Shown here piece after piece: positions 24,733-35,300 of a stretch of DNA of 53,966 bases; the first letter of the stretch is position 1, and every line of letters begins with the position of its first letter. The stretch is from Phycisphaerae bacterium (GTDB taxonomy: Bacteria > Planctomycetota > Phycisphaerae > WQYP01), in the NCBI GenBank assembly GCA_037139555.1, contig JBAXGE010000001.1:1-53966 (forward strand). The letters run 5' to 3'. The notes beneath the pieces were generated by a model. The model was given only the letters and a program-made list of their open reading frames with translations, did no database searches and was not told the origin of the DNA. The translations under genes were made by a program, and so were the position numbers.

Positions 24733-25784
24733 GGTTCACCTGCCGGAACAGTTGGGGCGGGGCGTTTGAAATTTATGCCGGGGGGCGTGGCCGGGGCCGA
24801 TTCGTAGCCGGGGGCATAGTGACAAGCCACCCAGTGCTGGGGGGCCACTTCGCGCAGTTCGGGATAACTGGCATTGCACAGTTCTTTCTGGACGGCGCTG
24901 CACGCCGTGCAACGCGCGGCAAAGCGGCAGGTATCGGGGTAGCGAATCGGCGAGGGGACGGTGCCCGAAATACTGAACAGGCGTTGGCTTTCCTGGCCCA
25001 GGCGCGGTACACACGCCAACAGGCCTTGCGTATACGGATGCAGCGGGTTCTTGAAGAGGGCGAAGACATTGGCCATCTCAACGATGCGCCCGGCGTACAT
25101 CACCGCCACCACATCGGCGTTTTCGGCGACGATCCCCAGATCATGGGTAATGAACAGCACCGACATGCCGGTCTGCTGTTGGAGCCGGTTGAGCAGTTCC
25201 AGGATTTGCGCCTGAATGGTGACATCCAGCGCGGTGGTGGGTTCATCGGCGATGACCAGAGCCGGACGGCAGGCCAGCGCCATGGCGATCATGACGCGTT
25301 GTTTCATCCCGCCGGACATTTGGTGCGGGTATTCATTCAACCGCCGGGCGGGGTCGGCAATCCCGACATCGCGCAGGGCTTGGATGGCGATTTCCTGCGC
25401 CTGTTCATCAGTGACTTTTTGATGCAGCAGAATCGCTTCCAGCACCTGTTCGCCGATGGTGAACACCGGATTCAGGCTGGTCATGGGTTCCTGAAAGATC
25501 ATGGCAATCTTCCCGCCGCGAACCTTGCACATAGCGCGTTCGGACAGCGTCAGCAGGTTTTCCTGCTCCAGCAGGATTTCGCCGGTCAATATCGCGGGGG
25601 GAACCGGAACCAGCCGCATAATCGAAAGACTGGTGACGGACTTACCACAACCTGACTCCCCCACCAACGCCACGGTTTGGTTGGGATAGACCGAAAAGGA
25701 TATCCCATCCACAGCGCGGGCCAGCCCGTCCGAAGTACGGAAGTGGGTCTTTAGATTGCGCACATCCAAGAGCGGTTGTTCCAT
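24729..25784 (-). CDS. Oligopeptide/dipeptide ABC transporter ATP-binding protein (OppD/DppD-type)
   Basis: Walker [10 protein letters not shown], signature [15 protein letters not shown], Walker [13 protein letters not shown], and a C-terminal HPYTQGLL motif. Confidence 0.9.
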   Translation of the reverse strand: MEQPLLDVRNLKTHFRTSDGLARAVDGISFSVYPNQTVALVGESGCGKSVTSLSIMRLVPVPPAILTGEILLEQENLLTLSERAMCKVRGGKIAMIFQEPMTSLNPVFTIGEQVLEAILLHQKVTDEQAQEIAIQALRDVGIADPARRLNEYPHQMSGGMKQRVMIAMALACRPALVIADEPTTALDVTIQAQILELLNRLQQQTGMSVLFITHDLGIVAENADVVAVMYAGRIVEMANVFALFKNPLHPYTQGLLACVPRLGQESQRLFSISGTVPSPIRYPDTCRFAARCTACSAVQKELCNASYPELREVAPQHWVACHYAPGYESAPATPPGINFKRPAPTVPAGEP

Positions 25785-25796
25785 AGCGACCAGTCC

Positions 25797-27125
25797 TTAT
25801 AGCTCTTTATTCGTACGCGGGTCAATCGCATCGCGCATGCGCTCACCGAGTATGTTATAGGTTAACACAGTGAGGAAAATCGCGATCCCCGGCGGAATCG
25901 CCAGCCACGGACGGAAAGTTTCCGCGGGATTACCGGCCTCATTTAACAACGAGCCCCAACTCGGTAACGGGGGCTCGATTCCCACCCCCAGAAACGACAA
26001 GCCCGACTCACTCATGACCGCCCCGGCAATGCCAAAGGTCGCGGCCACAATCACCGGGGTGAGGCCATTGGGCAACATGTGCCGGAACAACACCCGGCGT
26101 ACTGGCATACCCACAGCAATCGCGGCGGAGACATAATCGAGTTTGCGCAGGCGGAAGAATTCCGCACGTACAAAGCGGGCAATGCCGGTCCAGCCGACCA
26201 AACCGAGAATGATCATAATCATGAAGATATTACGGCCATAGGTGGCGACGAAAATCAGGATCAGCAGGAACGTGGGCACGGCCTCGAATATTTCGATCAC
26301 ACGCATACCCAACAGGTCGGCCTTCCCGGCGTAATAGCCAATCCAGGCCCCCACGGTGATGCCAATGAGCAGGGCGATCACCTCGCTGATAAAGCCGATG
26401 CCCATGACAATGCGGGTGGACCAGAGCATCCGGGCGAGGACATCGCGCCCGACGCCATCGGTACCCAGCAGGTGATCCCATGAGGGGGTATCCGGCCAGG
26501 GACGCAGGGAACGGGTGCCGGCTGCGGTTTGGGTTTTCGCCTGTGCGTAGTAGGTGGGCGCCACCCACGGCAGCCACGAGGGCAATTCATTGGTGCGATC
26601 TTCTGACAAGGCTTCTTGATCGCCGAAATGCCAGGGGATGGGGGCATAGACTGCTGACCGCATGGTACCAACCTCAACGCCAGCCTGATAATCGCGGTAC
26701 ATGATCCGGGCCGAAGGGTCGGAGGTGGTGTACCAAAGCAGTAGCCCCAGCAGCACCATACCAGTGGTTATGCCAGCACTGATTAGCCAGCGCCGACTTT
26801 TAGAAATGCGGTTACGACCAAAGTAACATAAGCTTCCTACCGTAGTAACGGTGGCAAATCCCATCAAGACCAGATAATCCAACCGCGTCAAATAGGTGAA
26901 AAGTGGGTAATGACGCTGCCACACCCCGGCGGAATTTTTAATTTCCACCGTATAGGGCTGACCGTTGGCGATGAAGGGAACAATCACGGCCATCAGGGCA
27001 ATGTTGACCACAAAGCCCAGCGCGATTTTCGGGGCGATACCACGCCAGAACGCGGTGAATACCACGTTCCAATAGCTGCGGATCGGCGGCTCGGACACGG
27101 GGGTTAATTGGAGTTGGTCAGTCAT
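25797..27125 (-). CDS. ABC permease, OppC/DppC-type, with a long N-terminal extension carrying extra TM segments
   Basis: 442 aa from ATG 27125, an 8-nt overlap with the upstream gene. LLGTDGVGRDVLARMLW..., and the EAA-loop region DYVSAAIAVGMPVRRVLFRHMLPN. Confidence 0.85.
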   Translation of the reverse strand: MTDQLQLTPVSEPPIRSYWNVVFTAFWRGIAPKIALGFVVNIALMAVIVPFIANGQPYTVEIKNSAGVWQRHYPLFTYLTRLDYLVLMGFATVTTVGSLCYFGRNRISKSRRWLISAGITTGMVLLGLLLWYTTSDPSARIMYRDYQAGVEVGTMRSAVYAPIPWHFGDQEALSEDRTNELPSWLPWVAPTYYAQAKTQTAAGTRSLRPWPDTPSWDHLLGTDGVGRDVLARMLWSTRIVMGIGFISEVIALLIGITVGAWIGYYAGKADLLGMRVIEIFEAVPTFLLILIFVATYGRNIFMIMIILGLVGWTGIARFVRAEFFRLRKLDYVSAAIAVGMPVRRVLFRHMLPNGLTPVIVAATFGIAGAVMSESGLSFLGVGIEPPLPSWGSLLNEAGNPAETFRPWLAIPPGIAIFLTVLTYNILGERMRDAIDPRTNKEL

Positions 27126-28128
27126 AGGACACCCGCGGATCCGCCAGAGAGTAACACACATCCACGATCAGATAGGAAATCAGCGTCAGCACGCCCCCCA
27201 CCAAGGCCAGCCCCTGCATGAGCGGCAGGTCTTTGGCTAAGGTTGCCTGATAGGCTAACTCGCCCATGCCTTTAATGGAAAAGATTTTTTCGATCAGTAC
27301 AGACCCACCCAACAATCCGGGAATGAGCCCGGCGGCCATCGTGATCAACGGCAACAGGCTATTACGGAACACATCGCGGGTCACCACGATATAGCCCGGG
27401 ACCCCCTTGGCCCGCGCGGTACGGGCCCAATCCTGATGGATATTATCGAGCATGCTGGCCCGCATTTGTTTGGAGAGATAGGCGAAGCCACCGTAAGTCA
27501 TGCACATCAACGGCAAGGCGAGATGATGCATGTAATCGAGAGTCACCTGCCAGTAGGTCATGCGGCTGGTATCGGTGGATTGCAAACCCGCCGAAGGGAA
27601 CCAGCCAAGATATTCGGGATTGGCCAAGTAACCCAATAACATGGAGCCCACCCACATGGCGGGCAGGGAATACAAAGCCAGCGTTCCCAGCCCCCACCAA
27701 AAATCAAAACCACGCCCGCGTTTTACACTCGAGAGCATCCCCCCGGGAATAGCGATCATGTAAATGAGCACGGTGGCAATGATATTGAGCGTGATGGTAA
27801 TCGGAGCGCGATCAAAGATCAGTTCTAATACGGGCTTACGGTATTGCATCGAACGGCCCAGATCGCCCTGAACTACGCGCGCGGCCCAACTGACATATTG
27901 CAGAGGAATAGGAATGGGTTTGCCCTGCTCATCAATCATGCCCAGATGCCGTTGCAGGGATTGCTCCTGTTCCAAGCGGGCATTGTCGCTGGCCATATTA
28001 CCACTGCCATCGGCCCCGGATATCTTGCCGATACCCGGTGCGAAACGCACAATCACAAAGAGCATCAGGGTCATACCAATGAGCGTGGGGATCATCAATA
28101 AGACGCGGCGCAGAAGGTAGGTCAGCAT
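27118..28128 (-). CDS. ABC permease, OppB/DppB-type
   Basis: 336 aa from ATG 28128 (the track start is TTG 28167). It has the typical N-terminus MLTYLLRRVLLMIPTLIGMTLMLFVIV, and the EAA-loop DWARTARAKGVPGYIVVTRDVFRNSLLP. Confidence 0.85.
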   Translation of the reverse strand: MLTYLLRRVLLMIPTLIGMTLMLFVIVRFAPGIGKISGADGSGNMASDNARLEQEQSLQRHLGMIDEQGKPIPIPLQYVSWAARVVQGDLGRSMQYRKPVLELIFDRAPITITLNIIATVLIYMIAIPGGMLSSVKRGRGFDFWWGLGTLALYSLPAMWVGSMLLGYLANPEYLGWFPSAGLQSTDTSRMTYWQVTLDYMHHLALPLMCMTYGGFAYLSKQMRASMLDNIHQDWARTARAKGVPGYIVVTRDVFRNSLLPLITMAAGLIPGLLGGSVLIEKIFSIKGMGELAYQATLAKDLPLMQGLALVGGVLTLISYLIVDVCYSLADPRVSYD

Positions 28129-28191
28129 CGCCACCCCCACCACCGAGGGGTGCGCAGATGGCACCAATACAACGAAGTTATCCGAGACTGA

Positions 28192-30066
28192 TTAGCGACC
28201 ATATTTCTGCTGGGTTACCGGGACATACCAGTCGCCGGAATTCATCCCGGTCAGGTAGGGTTCGATATTCTTGATTCGTCCGTTCACGAAGGAAAGGGAT
28301 TCCCGCATGGATAAAAATACATATGGCGCGTCCTCATGGATTTGCTGGTGGAATTTATGCCATATTTCCATACGTTTGGCTTCGTTGGTTTCGGTACGGC
28401 CGGCCATAATCAGGCGATCGGCCTCCGCATTTTTGTACCCAATGAAGTTGGAGCCTTTGCCCGCAATCTGGGAACTGTGCCAGATTTGATACGGGTCACC
28501 CTCAATCCCCCCCGTCCAACCCAGAATGGCGGCGTCGAATTTACGGTTATCCAACCGATCCACCAAAACCGACCATTCGAACGGAGCGACCCGCACTTCG
28601 ATGCCCACGCGTTTGAATTGGGCCTGCACAATGGTGGCGATTTTTTCGTAGGTCGCACTCTGGGCGGGAATCATCAGGTCAAAGGCAAACTCCTGACCGT
28701 CCCGGACCAAGACCCCGCGCGGGCCAATGGTCCAGCCCGCGTCCTTAAGTTTGGCTTCCGCTGCCGCGGGGTCAAAGGGACGGGGTTGAATCGTTTTGTC
28801 ATATTGGGGCACCATGGGACTGAACGGGCCGGATAATTCCACCGCCAAATCGCGATCAATCGTATGAATCAAGGACTTGCGGTCCACCATCATGCTGAGT
28901 GCCTGACGGGTGCCCTTGTCGGCGAAAATGGGATTGGCAAGATTCCAACCAATGTACCGATAGCCGGCGTTGGGAATGGCTTTCCGACGCACCTGATATT
29001 TGGCGAGAAATTCCTGGTTTTTAACCTTCTCCTCGTATTGCTCCGGCTGGGGAGAATGGGAGTCCAAGCCTTCGTCCATGAAACTCTGCAACGCCGTCTG
29101 CGGATTTTGGATGAACTTCAAAACAATCTTGTCAAAGGTGGGCTTGGGTCCCCAGTAGTTTTCATTACGGAGCAGTTCGACTTGCTGGCCATTGAGCCAT
29201 TTACCTAATACATACGGACCGGAACCCACCAGCAAGGCGTTCTTCTCATTATATTGCTCGGGGGTAAAGGCACCGTAGATATGTTTGGGGATGATCTCGA
29301 AATAAGCCCCAACCACTTCAAAGGCTTTGAAATACTTTTCTTTGTATTTGAATTCCACCGTGCGCTCGTCAATTTTTTTACAATATTCCACGTTGGTCAG
29401 GTAGGAACGTAATTTGTCCGAATCCACTTTGGGATTACTAACCAGATTATAGCTGAACAACACATCCTCAGCCGTCATCGGTTTACCGTCGGAAAACTTA
29501 ACCCCCGGCCGCAGCGTGAAACGATAGACCAGACCATCGGCACTGATGGAATAGGATTCCGCCAACCACGGTTCCCATTCCAAGGTCTCGGGATTACGGG
29601 TAATCAGGGACTCGATGACGTAATTTTGGAGCGTGCTTCCGCTGTTTTCACGTTCAATATAGGGCGTAATATACTTGGGCTCGGAACCGAGATTTTGCAC
29701 CAGCCAATCACCCGCCGCGTAATCGGGCAAGTCCCGCGGTTCATTGGGAGTCCGCGGGGGATCGGGGTAATAAACAAATACGCTGCCATCGGCTTCGGTA
29801 CGCCGGATTGGTTTGCGGTTAGTGGAAATCTGGTTGGTCTGGGTCGTAGCGCCAATACTTCCGCCCCGGCGTAAGAGCTCATTAAGTTCGCGAAACGCAT
29901 TGGCCTGCTTTTCGGAATTGCCGGCCAGACGATCCACATCCTTGCGCAAGTCGGTCAGACGCGTCTCCTGCCAACCGAACTGCCGGGCGTTCCAAGCCAC
30001 CGCGCCGAGCACCAAAATGAACGCCACGAGGAAGATAAAGTCCTTGAGGGAAAAGCGATTACCCAT
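28192..30066 (-). CDS. ABC substrate-binding protein, family 5 (OppA/DppA-type), with an N-terminal membrane anchor and a short coiled coil
   Basis: 624 aa. TM FIFLVAFILVLGAVAW, then a family-5 SBP core (VYRFTLRPGVKFSDGKPMTAEDVLFSY..., GSGPYVLGKW..., LLRNENYWG). Confidence 0.85.
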   Translation of the reverse strand: MGNRFSLKDFIFLVAFILVLGAVAWNARQFGWQETRLTDLRKDVDRLAGNSEKQANAFRELNELLRRGGSIGATTQTNQISTNRKPIRRTEADGSVFVYYPDPPRTPNEPRDLPDYAAGDWLVQNLGSEPKYITPYIERENSGSTLQNYVIESLITRNPETLEWEPWLAESYSISADGLVYRFTLRPGVKFSDGKPMTAEDVLFSYNLVSNPKVDSDKLRSYLTNVEYCKKIDERTVEFKYKEKYFKAFEVVGAYFEIIPKHIYGAFTPEQYNEKNALLVGSGPYVLGKWLNGQQVELLRNENYWGPKPTFDKIVLKFIQNPQTALQSFMDEGLDSHSPQPEQYEEKVKNQEFLAKYQVRRKAIPNAGYRYIGWNLANPIFADKGTRQALSMMVDRKSLIHTIDRDLAVELSGPFSPMVPQYDKTIQPRPFDPAAAEAKLKDAGWTIGPRGVLVRDGQEFAFDLMIPAQSATYEKIATIVQAQFKRVGIEVRVAPFEWSVLVDRLDNRKFDAAILGWTGGIEGDPYQIWHSSQIAGKGSNFIGYKNAEADRLIMAGRTETNEAKRMEIWHKFHQQIHEDAPYVFLSMRESLSFVNGRIKNIEPYLTGMNSGDWYVPVTQQKYGR

Positions 30067-30142
30067 CAGTTACATGCTCCAGTCAAAAGTTCGTACATTC
30101 TAACGCCTATACGATGCCGTCGGACAGATTCATTTTCGGCAA

Positions 30143-31084
30143 TTATCCCTGATTTCCTTTGGGGTCCAAGGCATCACGCAGAGCATCGCCGACGAAATTT
30201 AGACAAATCAACGTGAGGCTCAACAATACTGCCGGGCTGGTCACCAACCACCAGTAGGTTTTCACCGGATTCATGGCATCCACCCCCTCGGCGGCCAGAT
30301 TACCCCAACTCGGGAGCGGTGCACTGATACCCAACCCCAAAAACGACAAAAACGACTCGGCGAGAATCGCCTGCGGGACGGTCAATGCCGCATATACGAA
30401 TATTGGTCCCATTAGATTGGGCAGAATATGCCGGAGGATGATACTGCGATGGCTCATACCCATCGCCCGGGCGGCCTCAACAAAGGGCATTTGCCGCAGG
30501 GCCAATGCCTGCCCACGAATCACCCGCGCCATGGTCAGCCAACTCACCGCGCCAATCCCAACTAACAGCACCATAAAGTTAGCCACCAAGCTGGCACCAT
30601 CGAGATATGGAGACAGTGCTTTAGTCAGCAGGGGCACCATCACGATCCGAAACATGATCACCAGCAGTATATACGGTAAGCCATATAGCACATCCACAAC
30701 CCGCATCAGCACACTATCCCACAGGCCACCAAAGTAGCCCGCCACCAGCCCCACGCCGGTGCCCAGCAATACGGCAATGGTGGCCGATGCCAACCCGATG
30801 GCAATCGAAACGCTGCCGCCGAGGAGCAATCGTTCGAGTAGCGAACGCCCCAAACTGTCTGTTCCCAACCAATATTCTGCACCGGGGGCCTGTAACACCG
30901 CGTTTAGATTCTGAATTTTATACCCATACAGGGTCCACGGCATGCTTAGATAACAGGTCAGCACAATCAGACTAAACACAATCGTCCCAACCCAGGCCGC
31001 AGGATATTGACGCAGACGGCGCCAGGAACGCTGCCCCGGGGACTGGGCGGGCGCGGCATCGGGAATGGTGGCCGTGGTCGTCAT
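30143..31084 (-). CDS. Second OppC/DppC-type ABC permease
   Basis: 313 aa. WLGTDSLGRSLLERLLLG..., and the EAA-loop PFVEAARAMGMSHRSIILRHILPN. Confidence 0.85.
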   Translation of the reverse strand: MTTTATIPDAAPAQSPGQRSWRRLRQYPAAWVGTIVFSLIVLTCYLSMPWTLYGYKIQNLNAVLQAPGAEYWLGTDSLGRSLLERLLLGGSVSIAIGLASATIAVLLGTGVGLVAGYFGGLWDSVLMRVVDVLYGLPYILLVIMFRIVMVPLLTKALSPYLDGASLVANFMVLLVGIGAVSWLTMARVIRGQALALRQMPFVEAARAMGMSHRSIILRHILPNLMGPIFVYAALTVPQAILAESFLSFLGLGISAPLPSWGNLAAEGVDAMNPVKTYWWLVTSPAVLLSLTLICLNFVGDALRDALDPKGNQG

Positions 31085-31131
31085 ACGCTTGAGGCCCCTG
31101 CCAGTTAAGAACCATGCTGCAACCGGGTGGG

Positions 31132-32361
31132 TTACGTGTGGTAATCCGCGTTGATCGCGATATATTCGCGGCTGAGATCGCAGGTATAGACCCGGGCCGT
31201 GTGGACTTTGCCCAAGCCCAGATCAACTTCCACTGCGACATGTTTTCCCTGCATCAACTTGGCCACGTCAACCAGTTTGACCGGCGTGGGCCGGCCAGCT
31301 TTGAATACCACGTAACTCTTACCCTTGGGTGCGAAGATACAGCAGGCCACAGAGTCGGGATTCATGGCCGCACCACTGTAGCCGGCCGCCGAGACAAACC
31401 GGCCCCAGTTCGGGTCCGCGCCGTGCAGGGCGGTTTTACATAGGGCACTATTGGCGATGGCCTCCGCGGCCTTTTTAGCATCGGCCAGACTCGCGGCCCC
31501 CTTCACCCAGATTTCGACCAGCTTGGTAGCGCCTTCGCCGTCCTGAGCAATCTGTCGGGCCAGGGCATCGGCAACCTCGTAGAGGGCTTTGGCAAACTGG
31601 GCCAATGCGCTGCCACCGGTGATTTTAGTATTCCCGGCCAGCCCGTTGGCGAGTACGGCAAAGGTGTCGCTGGTGGAGGTGTGTTGATCCACCGTCACAC
31701 AGTTAAAGGTCTGATCCGCCACCTGTTTGAGAGTTTTGTTCAATACGGCGGGGGCAATTTTCACATCGGTGGCAATATAGGCTAGCATGGTGGCCATATT
31801 CGGAGCAATCATCCCGCTGCCTTTGCAGCAACCGGCGATGGTGACTTTTTTACCCCCGATGCGCAGGGTGGTGAACGCGGTTTTGGCAACCAAATCCGTG
31901 GTCAGAATTCCATTGGCGAAGGCGTTACCAGCCGCAACGGAGTTGGAGAGCTGGGCCGCGACCAACGGGATACCCGCGCGAATTTTGTCCATGGGTAGGA
32001 AGTGGCCGATCACGCCTGTGGAACTGGGCAGGATCGAACGGATGGGCAGGGCTTCGCCTTCCTGACAGATTTCCTGGGCCGTCAGCAGGCACATTTCCCG
32101 GGCGTTCTGTACGCCTTCAGCGCCGGTACAGACATTGGCGCAGCCGCTATTGATGATGCAGGCCCGGAGGGTGTGGCTGGTGATATGACTGCGGCCCACG
32201 ATGATCGGGGCCCCCACCACTTTGTTCTGGGTGAATACCGCCGCGGCGGTGGCAGGTACTTCGGAAACGAGCAAGGCCAAATCCGGCTTGCCGGACTGTT
32301 TAATCCCGCAGGCGATGGCGGCAGCGGAAAAGCCTTTAACCCCGGTAATAGTCTGATTCAT
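31132..32361 (-). CDS. argJ: Bifunctional glutamate N-acetyltransferase / amino-acid acetyltransferase (ornithine acetyltransferase)
   Basis: 409 aa. GFSAAAIACGIKQSGKPDLALL, and the autoproteolysis site context PNMATMLAYIATD. Confidence 0.9.
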   Translation of the reverse strand: MNQTITGVKGFSAAAIACGIKQSGKPDLALLVSEVPATAAAVFTQNKVVGAPIIVGRSHITSHTLRACIINSGCANVCTGAEGVQNAREMCLLTAQEICQEGEALPIRSILPSSTGVIGHFLPMDKIRAGIPLVAAQLSNSVAAGNAFANGILTTDLVAKTAFTTLRIGGKKVTIAGCCKGSGMIAPNMATMLAYIATDVKIAPAVLNKTLKQVADQTFNCVTVDQHTSTSDTFAVLANGLAGNTKITGGSALAQFAKALYEVADALARQIAQDGEGATKLVEIWVKGAASLADAKKAAEAIANSALCKTALHGADPNWGRFVSAAGYSGAAMNPDSVACCIFAPKGKSYVVFKAGRPTPVKLVDVAKLMQGKHVAVEVDLGLGKVHTARVYTCDLSREYIAINADYHT

Positions 32362-32448
32362 CGCGGTGTCTACCTTGTGAAAATAGTAACCTTAGCACAT
32401 GTTCAATGTGCATAGTAACGCAAGCGGGCTTGGGCGTAAATATGCGGG

Positions 32449-33591
32449 CTATTTTATCGCCAACTGCTGGGCCACACCGCGTTTGAGATGGTGGACCACT
32501 TCCTCGACTTCGGTAAGGGTTAGGTTGTTATGGAACGGCAGCGCGATGGTACGGTCGGAGATATACTCGGTAATTGGATAGGCACCGCGTTTATAGCCGA
32601 ATTTGTCCACGTAAAAGGGCTGTAAATGAATGGGCGGGAAGTAATTGGATGCCCCGATGTGATTTCGCTGGAGGTGCTGCAGGATGGCATCACGGTCGTT
32701 ATGGTCCAGAGCTTCGCTGAGGCGCACCACAAAGACAAACCAGCTCATATCGGTCTGTTCATCCACATTGGGCAGGATGATATGGGGGTCATCCATTAAG
32801 AGCTTGATGTAATAATGGGCCACGGCCTGGCGCTTGGTCAACATGCCGTCCAAGCGCTGCATCTGCACGCAACCGATAGCGGCATTGATATCACTGAGGC
32901 GGTAGTTGTAACCCATACGCTGGTGACTGAGCCACGCGGAACCGGGGTCGCGGCCTTGATTGCGGTAGGCCCGGCACAGATTGGCCAAGGTATTGTCATT
33001 CGTGACAATCATGCCACCTTCGCCGGTGGTGATTTGTTTGTTGGGGTAAAACGCAAAGACACCAACCCGGCCATACGTGCCCACTTGACGCTGGCGATGC
33101 GACGAGCCCAAGCCCTCACAACTGTCTTCAATCATGGGCAGTTCGTGCCGTTGGGCGATGGCCAGAAAGTCATCAAAACCGGCAGGGTTGCCAAAGGTTT
33201 CTACGGCCATGATGGCCTTGGTCCGGGGGGTAATGGCGGCTTCCAGTTTCTTGGGGTCCATATTCAAAGTGCGCGGGTCAATATCCACAAAGACGGGCTG
33301 GCCCCCCACCATCAGAATTGAGTTAGCGCTGGCAATGAAGGAAAACGGCGTGGTGATGACTTCGTCGCCTGGACCAATCCCCAAAGCCAGCAGGCTGCAA
33401 TGTAGACCCGCAGTGCCGGAACTGACGGCGATGGCATGTTCCACCCGCAGATAGTGGCAAAAGGCCTGTTCAAATTCCAGAACTTTCGGCCCCACCGTCA
33501 GGTACCGTGTCCGCATCACCTCGGTGACCGCGCGGATTTCGGCTTCGGTAATATCAGGACTACTGAGTGGAATCGAGATGTTATCGTCCAT
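32449..33591 (-). CDS. DegT/DnrJ/EryC1/StrS-family PLP-dependent aminotransferase
   Basis: 380 aa. LSSPDITEAEIRAVTEVMRTRYLTVGPKVLEFEQAF, and the PLP-lysine context FAFYPNKQITTGEGGMIV. Confidence 0.85.
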   Translation of the reverse strand: MDDNISIPLSSPDITEAEIRAVTEVMRTRYLTVGPKVLEFEQAFCHYLRVEHAIAVSSGTAGLHCSLLALGIGPGDEVITTPFSFIASANSILMVGGQPVFVDIDPRTLNMDPKKLEAAITPRTKAIMAVETFGNPAGFDDFLAIAQRHELPMIEDSCEGLGSSHRQRQVGTYGRVGVFAFYPNKQITTGEGGMIVTNDNTLANLCRAYRNQGRDPGSAWLSHQRMGYNYRLSDINAAIGCVQMQRLDGMLTKRQAVAHYYIKLLMDDPHIILPNVDEQTDMSWFVFVVRLSEALDHNDRDAILQHLQRNHIGASNYFPPIHLQPFYVDKFGYKRGAYPITEYISDRTIALPFHNNLTLTEVEEVVHHLKRGVAQQLAIK

Positions 33592-33661
33592 GCGGCACTC
33601 CGAAAACTACAAATTTCGCTCCAGCGTATGATTGTAGGCAACCGAATTCACTAACCAAAAT

Positions 33662-34165
33662 TCAGGTATTTTTCGTACGTCCCAAACCCGCCCGGGTTTG
33701 GTGCAAGGCCAAAGTCCAGGCAATGGCGATGGCATCCGCCACATCGGGCGGCTTGGGCAACTCTGTCAGATGGCACAGGGATTGGACCCGGCGCTGGACC
33801 TGAAGTTTGCTGGCGTGACCATTGCCCGTGACTGTGCGCTTGACCAAGGTGCTGGGCAGATCGGTAACCGGGCAATGATGCCGGGCCGCGGCCAGGAGAA
33901 TCACGCCCCGGGCGTGGCCCATCAAAATCGCGGTACGGGGATGCTCGTAATGAGAATAAAGCTGTTCGACACCGGCTTGCTGGGGGGAAAACTCGGTCAG
34001 TACGGCTTCGAGCTGGTCGTGGAGTTCCAAAAGCCGATCGGCCAGCAATTTGCGCACGGGAATACGAAATACCCCCGCTTCGATGAGCGAGATTCTGACC
34101 TGCTGGACCTGGACCAAGGCATAGCCGGTCAAATGCAGGCCCGGATCAATCCCTAGCAGTATCAT
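33662..34165 (-). CDS. ruvC: Crossover junction endodeoxyribonuclease RuvC
   Basis: 167 aa. MILLGIDPGLHLTGYALV..., and C-terminal PPDVADAIAIA. Confidence 0.9.
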   Translation of the reverse strand: MILLGIDPGLHLTGYALVQVQQVRISLIEAGVFRIPVRKLLADRLLELHDQLEAVLTEFSPQQAGVEQLYSHYEHPRTAILMGHARGVILLAAARHHCPVTDLPSTLVKRTVTGNGHASKLQVQRRVQSLCHLTELPKPPDVADAIAIAWTLALHQTRAGLGRTKNT

Positions 34166-34170
34166 GGCAT

Positions 34171-35289
34171 TTATCCCATCAAGTGGTCGGGATTCAGTCC
34201 GGCCAGTTCGGGGACGACAAAGATGCCGTCCTGCCGGACCAGTCGGTCGTCGAAATAGATTTTCCCGCCCCCGACATCGGGAGTCTGCCGTAAGACCATA
34301 TCCCAGTGGATATCGGACTTGTTACCATTGGAGGCTTCATCGTAGCAGGCACCGGGTGTCAGGTGGATGGAACCGCTGATTTTCTCATCGAAGAGAATAT
34401 CCAGCATGGGCCGGGTGCAATAGGGGTTGACGCCGATGGCAAACTCGCCGACATAGCGGGCCCCGGCATCGGCATCCAGAATCTCGTTCAAGCGCTGGGG
34501 GTGATTGGCGGTGGCCGCGACAATCTTGCCCTGCTTGAAGGTCAGACGCACATCATTAAACACGGTACCGCGATAAATGGTCGGGGTGTTGTAGGCGATC
34601 ACCCCCTCGATGCTCTCACGGACCGGCGCGGTGTAGACTTCGCCATCGGGGATATTCATATGGCCATCGCAGGGAATAGCAGGGATACCCTTGATACTAA
34701 AAGTCAGGTCGGTATCCCCGGGGCCCAGCAGGCGAACCTTATCCGTGCGTTCCATGTAGGCTTTGAGCGGCTGCATAGCCCGGGACATACGGGCATAATC
34801 CATGTTGCAGACATTGAAGAAGAATTCCTCGAAGGCTTCAGTGCTCATCTGGGCCAACTGGGCAAACGAGTTCGTCGGCCAGCGCAGCACCACCCAGCGG
34901 GTTTTCTTGACGCGGACTTCGTGGTGGACCCGTTTCCACACCGACTGCTCGTAGATGCGTTGTTTGTCGGCAGGAACATCGGACAGTTCCGCGATGTTGG
35001 GGTTGCCGCGAATCCCAATATAGGCGTGCATCTTTTCCATACACAACCGCTCGTAGTCGGCGATGATATCCCACTGTTCTGTGGTGGCTGCCTGCATCAG
35101 AGCGCGGTTGATTTCCACGCTCTTGAGATGCACCAGTGGTCGGGCGCCGACGGCGTGCGCTTCGGCCACCAGCGCCTTGGTGAAGGTATGGGGAATATCA
35201 ATGGCTTCGATTAGGACATTTTCGCCCGGCTGCAGCGCGCAGGAATAGCGAATCAGACCCGAGGCGAGTTTTTGGTAGCGTTGATCCAC
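34171..35289 (-). CDS. M29-family aminopeptidase (AmpS/PepS/aminopeptidase T-like)
   Basis: 372 aa, GTG start with AAGGA upstream. N-terminus (M)DQRYQKLASGLIRYSCALQPGENVLIEA and C-terminal ...SDIHWDMVL both follow the M29 pattern. Confidence 0.75.
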   Translation of the reverse strand: MDQRYQKLASGLIRYSCALQPGENVLIEAIDIPHTFTKALVAEAHAVGARPLVHLKSVEINRALMQAATTEQWDIIADYERLCMEKMHAYIGIRGNPNIAELSDVPADKQRIYEQSVWKRVHHEVRVKKTRWVVLRWPTNSFAQLAQMSTEAFEEFFFNVCNMDYARMSRAMQPLKAYMERTDKVRLLGPGDTDLTFSIKGIPAIPCDGHMNIPDGEVYTAPVRESIEGVIAYNTPTIYRGTVFNDVRLTFKQGKIVAATANHPQRLNEILDADAGARYVGEFAIGVNPYCTRPMLDILFDEKISGSIHLTPGACYDEASNGNKSDIHWDMVLRQTPDVGGGKIYFDDRLVRQDGIFVVPELAGLNPDHLMG

Positions 35290-35300
35290 GAGGTAAATCC

